Shown: piece after piece, positions 59,755-64,000 of the stretch | Layout of the letters: every line of letters begins with the position of its first letter | Numbering within the stretch: the first letter of the stretch is position 1 | From: an uncultured Chloroflexia bacterium | GTDB lineage: Bacteria > Chloroflexota > Limnocylindria > Limnocylindrales > CSP1-4 | NCBI GenBank assembly: GCA_963766735.1 | Contig: CAVYBU010000019.1 | Location: 1 to 64,000, forward strand | Length of the DNA stretch: 64,000 bases | Reading direction: 5' to 3' | The notes under the pieces: generated by a model | The model's input: the letters and a program-made list of their open reading frames with translations, nothing else | What the model was told of the DNA's origin: nothing | The model's database searches: none | Translations under genes and position numbers: made by a program

Positions 59755-60105
59755 GTGGCAACCCTGACCGTCATCTCGTGGCGGGCCATCCCCGCGCAGG
59801 TCATCGCCCGCGAGGGCCGGCGGACAGCGAAGGAGATGCTGGGCAACCGGTTCCAGGTCGCCGTCGATGGCGCCGCGACGCGCGCCGGCCTGGAGGACAT
59901 GGACACGTACCTCGCCGAGTGGCGGCGGACGGAGCGCCCGTGCGGCCCGGACCTGGAGGCCGAGGTGGCCACCGAGGTTGCCCGCATCGAGGAGCAGTTC
60001 ACGCAGGCGCGGCTGGCCGCGCTCACCGCCGGCCTCGGGTTTGCGGTCGAGGAAGACGCACCGCCGGGCAGCGGCCCCGCGCCACAGACGACGGAGGCAC
60101 CATGA
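59755..60105 (+). CDS. 'Virulence factor' (Virulence_fact-like) small domain protein
   Basis: MATLTVISWRAIPAQV...RFQVAVDGAATRAG....TYLAEWRR pattern. Confidence 0.75.
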   Translation: MATLTVISWRAIPAQVIAREGRRTAKEMLGNRFQVAVDGAATRAGLEDMDTYLAEWRRTERPCGPDLEAEVATEVARIEEQFTQARLAALTAGLGFAVEEDAPPGSGPAPQTTEAP

Positions 60106-61049
60106 CCCGGACCGTGATCAGCTCGGCGACCCGCGAGGTGGTCATCGGAGGCGATCGCCCATTCGTCATCATCGGCGAGCGGATCAACCCAACCGGCCGC
60201 AAGCTCCTCGCGGAGGAGATGCGCGCCGGCGACTTCAGCCGGGTGGAGCGCGACGTGATGGCCCAGGTGGAGGCCGGGGCACACATGCTCGACGTCAACG
60301 CCGGGATCCCCCTCGCCGACGAGCCGGCGATCCTGGCCCACACCGTCCGCCTGGTCCAGTCGCTGACCGATCTCCCGCTCTCGCTGGACTCGTCCGTCGT
60401 CGAGGCGCTCGAGGCGGGCCTGGCCGCCTACCAGGGCAAGGCGCTGGTCAACTCCGTCACCGGCGAGGACGAGCGCCTGGAGCGCGTGCTGCCGCTGATC
60501 CGCAAGTACGGCGCGGCCGTCGTGGCGATCTCCAACGACGACACCGGCATCTCCACCGACCCCGACGTCCGCTTCGCGGTGGCGAAGAAGATCGTCGAGC
60601 GGGCGGCGGACCACGGGATCCCGCGCGAGGACATCGTGGTGGATCCGCTCGTGATGCCGATCGGCGCCATGCGGACGGCCGGCGTCCAGGTGTTCCGCCT
60701 CCTCGGCCGGCTCCGCGACGAGCTGGGCGTCAACACCGTCTGCGGGGCGTCGAACGTGAGCTTCGGGCTGCCGCAGCGGGAGGGCATCAACGCCGCGTTC
60801 CTCGCGATGGCGATCTCGAACGGCCTGACCAGCGCGATCACGAACCCCCTGCTGCCGAACGTGCGCGAGGTGATCATGGCCGCGGACGTGCTGATGGGGA
60901 ACGACGCGGAATGCAGCCGCTGGATCCGCACCCACCGGGAGCCCACGGTGGAGGGCGAGGCCGGGCGCCGCGTCAACCGCCGCCGGACCGCTGCCGCGGC
61001 ACCCGCGGACGCTGGACCGGCCGCGGGTGCCGAACCTGCAGCAGGCTGA
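60102..61049 (+). CDS. Methyltetrahydrofolate:corrinoid methyltransferase (pterin-binding TIM barrel)
   Basis: IIGERINPTGRK, LDVNAG, LSLDSS, NSVTGE, VVDPLVMP, GASNVSFGLP. Confidence 0.92.
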   Translation: MTRTVISSATREVVIGGDRPFVIIGERINPTGRKLLAEEMRAGDFSRVERDVMAQVEAGAHMLDVNAGIPLADEPAILAHTVRLVQSLTDLPLSLDSSVVEALEAGLAAYQGKALVNSVTGEDERLERVLPLIRKYGAAVVAISNDDTGISTDPDVRFAVAKKIVERAADHGIPREDIVVDPLVMPIGAMRTAGVQVFRLLGRLRDELGVNTVCGASNVSFGLPQREGINAAFLAMAISNGLTSAITNPLLPNVREVIMAADVLMGNDAECSRWIRTHREPTVEGEAGRRVNRRRTAAAAPADAGPAAGAEPAAG

Positions 61050-61059
61050 GCGCGAAGCC

Positions 61060-63102
61060 GTGGCGGGATCGCCGGATCCTCTGGTCATCTTCACGCCCTC
61101 TGGTCGCCGAGGGCGGTTCCCGGCCGGCACGAGCGTCCTGGACGCAGCCCGGTCGCTGGGCGTCGACGTCGACTCGGTCTGCGGGGGTCGCGGGATCTGC
61201 GGCCGCTGCCAGGTGGAGCAGAGCGTCGGCGCCTTTCCGAAGCACGGCATCACGTCCCTCCCCGGCCACCTGACCGCGCCCGACGCGGTCGAGCACGCGT
61301 ACGCGGAGCGCCGCGGCCTCGACGACGGACGGCGCCTCTCCTGCGCGGCCGCGATCACCGGCGACGCGGTCATCGACGTGCCGGCCGGCAGCCAGGTCCA
61401 CCGCCAGGTGGTCCGCAAGGAGCTCGAGGTCCGGCCCTTCGACCTCGATCCCGTCGTGCGCCTGCACTACGTGGAGGCGGCCCCGCCCGACCTCGCGTCA
61501 CCGGCCTCGGACCTGGTCCGGGTCCTCGATGCCCTCGAGCGCGAGTGGGGCCTGCGGGGGCTCGAGGTGGACCTGGCCACGACGCGCGCACTGCAGGCGG
61601 CCGTCCTCGAGGGCAACGGTGCGGTGACCGTGGCGGTGCACGGCGGGCGCTCGATGATCGCCGCCTGGCCCGGCTTCCGTGACCGCGCCTTCGGGGTGGC
61701 GGTGGACGTCGGGTCCACGACCATCGCCGGACACCTGGCCAGCCTGCTGGACGGGACGGTGCTCGCCTCAGCGGGAACGATGAACCCGCAGATCCGCTTC
61801 GGCGAGGATCTCATGAGCCGCGTCTCGTACGCGATGCTCCACGAGGACGGGGCCGCCGACATGACGCGCGCCGTCCGAACCGCGCTCCGGGGCCTGATCG
61901 CGGAGCTGGCCGAGACGGCCGACGTCGCCACGGACGAGGTCCTGGAGATCGTCCTGGTCGGCAACCCGATCATGCACCACCTGGTCCTCGGCCTGGACCC
62001 CACGCCCCTGGGCCAGTCGCCGTTCACCCTCGCCACGGAGCGGGCCGTCCATACGACAGCGGCGGAGCTGGATCTCGGAGCACACGCCGGCGCGCGCGTG
62101 TACGTGCTGCCGTGCATCGCGGGCCACGTGGGTGCGGACACCGCCGGCGTGATCCTGGCCGAGCAGCCCCACCTCTCCGACACGATCCGCCTGATCGTGG
62201 ACGTGGGCACCAACGCGGAGCTCGTGCTGGGCAACCGGACCCGGCTCCTCGCCGCGTCGAGCCCGACCGGGCCCGCCTTCGAGGGTGCCCAGATCAGCGC
62301 CGGCCAGCGCGCGGCGCCGGGCGCCATTGAGCGGGTGCGGATCGACCCGGTCACGCTGGAGCCGCGGTACCGGGTGATCGGCTGCGAGCTGTGGTCCGAC
62401 GAGCCCGGGTTCACCGAGGCCACCGGCGAAACGGGCGTCACGGGCATCTGCGGTTCCGGGATCATCGAAGCGATCGCCGAGCTGTTCCTGGCCGGCGTTG
62501 TCACGGCCGACGGGATCCTGGACGGCCGCACGGCCGGACGCACCCCGCGCGTGGTCGAGGACGGGCGGACGTTCGCCTACGTGCTGGCCGACGGCCCGCC
62601 GACGATCATGGTGACGCAGGGCGACGTCCGCGCGATCCAGCTGGCGAAGGCGGCGCTCTACGCCGGCGCGCGGCTGCTCATGGACGCATACGGTGTGGAG
62701 GCCGTGGACGAGGTCCGGCTGGCCGGCGCGTTCGGCAGCCACATCGACGTGAAGCACGCGATGGTGCTCGGGCTCGTCCCGGACTGCGATCTCGACCGGG
62801 TAGGCTCGGCCGGCAACGCCGCCGGCGCCGGCGCGCTCATCGCACTGCTGTCGGGCGCCTCTCGCGCCGAGATCGAGGAGGTTGTCCGCGGCGTCACCAA
62901 GCTCGAGACCGCCATCGAGCCGCGCTTCCAGGAGCACTTCGTGGAAGCCCTGGCCATCCCCCACCGAACCGCCACCTATCCAAACCTGGCCCGCGTCGTC
63001 GATCTTCCGGAACGTCCGGAGACCGGTCGCGTCGGGCAGGACGAACGCACCCAGCGACGCCGGCGACGCATGCCCGTCGCCGCCCACGAGGAGGACCGAT
63101 GA
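61060..63102 (+). CDS. ASKHA-type reductive activator of corrinoid proteins (RACo) with N-terminal [2Fe-2S] ferredoxin
   Basis: CGGRGICGRC...RLSC, VDVGSTTI, NPQIRFGEDLMSR, DVGTNAE, GPAFEG, GICGSG, LAGAFG, GNAAG. Confidence 0.93.
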   Translation: MAGSPDPLVIFTPSGRRGRFPAGTSVLDAARSLGVDVDSVCGGRGICGRCQVEQSVGAFPKHGITSLPGHLTAPDAVEHAYAERRGLDDGRRLSCAAAITGDAVIDVPAGSQVHRQVVRKELEVRPFDLDPVVRLHYVEAAPPDLASPASDLVRVLDALEREWGLRGLEVDLATTRALQAAVLEGNGAVTVAVHGGRSMIAAWPGFRDRAFGVAVDVGSTTIAGHLASLLDGTVLASAGTMNPQIRFGEDLMSRVSYAMLHEDGAADMTRAVRTALRGLIAELAETADVATDEVLEIVLVGNPIMHHLVLGLDPTPLGQSPFTLATERAVHTTAAELDLGAHAGARVYVLPCIAGHVGADTAGVILAEQPHLSDTIRLIVDVGTNAELVLGNRTRLLAASSPTGPAFEGAQISAGQRAAPGAIERVRIDPVTLEPRYRVIGCELWSDEPGFTEATGETGVTGICGSGIIEAIAELFLAGVVTADGILDGRTAGRTPRVVEDGRTFAYVLADGPPTIMVTQGDVRAIQLAKAALYAGARLLMDAYGVEAVDEVRLAGAFGSHIDVKHAMVLGLVPDCDLDRVGSAGNAAGAGALIALLSGASRAEIEEVVRGVTKLETAIEPRFQEHFVEALAIPHRTATYPNLARVVDLPERPETGRVGQDERTQRRRRRMPVAAHEEDR

Positions 63103-64000
63103 CCGAGGAGCTCCACACCCGTCGCGCCGGGGGCCGCGCCGCACGGCAGGCCGCCCGCGCCCATGCCGCCATCGAGCGCGTGCCGTTCCTGACCCGGACC
63201 CTCAGGCCGTTCGAGGTCCTGGACGAGGAGGGCCTCTCCCTCCTCGAGCACAACGCCGACGTGATCCTCCAGGAGGTGGGGCTCGAGTTCCGCGGAGACC
63301 CGGACGCGCTCCGGCTCATGCGGGAGGCCGGCGCCGACGTCCAGGGGGAGCGGGTCCGGTTCCCGATGGGCATGTGCCGCGCGATCGTGCAGGCATCCGC
63401 CCCGTCCTCGTACGTCCAGCACGCCCGCAACCCGGAGCGCAGCGTGACCATGGGCGGGATGCACACCGTGTTCGCGCCCGCCTACGGCTCGCCGTTCGTC
63501 CGCGACCTGGACGGCGGGCGCCGGTACGGGACCATCGAGGACTTCCGCAACTTCGTGAAGCTGGCCTACCTGAGCCCGCACCTCCACCACTCGGGCGGAA
63601 CCGTGTGCGAGCCGGTGGACGTGCCGGTCAACAAGCGCCACCTGGACATGGTCTACAGCCACATGCGCGACTCGGACAAGCCGTTCATGGGCTCCGTGAC
63701 GACGCCGGATCGGGCGCTCGACACCGTGGCCATGGCCCGGATCCTGTTCGGAGAGGCCTTCGTCCGCGACAACACGGTGATCACCAGCCTCATCAACGCC
63801 AACTCGCCGCTGGTCTGGGACTCGACGATGCTGGGCGCCGCCCGCGCCTACGCCGAGGCCAACCAGGCCACGCTCATCACGCCGTTCATCCTCGCCGGGG
63901 CCATGTCGCCCGTGACGGTCGCCGGTGCGGCCGCGCAGACGCTGGCGGAGGCGCTGGGCGGCATGACGTTCGTCCAGCTCATCCGACCCGGCGCGCCCGT
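63099..64000 (+). CDS. Trimethylamine methyltransferase (MttB) family protein, MtgB-like (partial, runs off window)
   Basis: Manual translation: MTEELHTRRAGGRAARQAAR...ILQEVGLEF...HARNPERSV...APAYGSPFVRDLDGGRRYGT...GGTVCEPVDVP...DKPFMG...NANSPL...TPFILAGAMSPVT. Confidence 0.92.
   Translation, partial: MTEELHTRRAGGRAARQAARAHAAIERVPFLTRTLRPFEVLDEEGLSLLEHNADVILQEVGLEFRGDPDALRLMREAGADVQGERVRFPMGMCRAIVQASAPSSYVQHARNPERSVTMGGMHTVFAPAYGSPFVRDLDGGRRYGTIEDFRNFVKLAYLSPHLHHSGGTVCEPVDVPVNKRHLDMVYSHMRDSDKPFMGSVTTPDRALDTVAMARILFGEAFVRDNTVITSLINANSPLVWDSTMLGAARAYAEANQATLITPFILAGAMSPVTVAGAAAQTLAEALGGMTFVQLIRPGAP

Overview
This window does not look like one genome. Two unrelated bacterial segments appear joined at about 17842, where both flanking genes are cut mid-frame and GC rises (spot-check lines: 38/60 at 17761, 44/60 at 18001). 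The left part (1-17841) is a diderm, Myxococcota/deltaproteobacterial-like housekeeping region (taxonomy is inference). It carries lolA, a DUF465 protein, a sigma54-driven sRNA candidate, argJ, secA, fur, an acyl-CoA dehydrogenase, two esterases, argS and a 5'-truncated gpmI. The right part (17843-64000) is a very GC-rich monoderm, Chloroflexota-like by inference, and has three blocks. Block 1: a DegS-like kinase, a DegU-like regulator carrying a c-di-GMP-type YxGPxRR motif and a DegS-like pseudokinase, upstream of 3-4 flp pilin genes, a secretin-less Tad operon, comF and hpf. Block 2: a Bacillota-like prfA-prmC-tsaC-glyA-tagO-atp-murA-mreB cluster, with an unexplained ~270-bp rod-like inverted repeat between atpD and atpC. 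Block 3: an IclR-linked corrinoid-dependent (MttB-family) demethylation cluster. Many genes before ~36.6 kb carry single-base frameshifts, including essential ones (secA, argS), best explained as long-read consensus errors. No rRNA, tRNA, CRISPR array or transposase was recognised.
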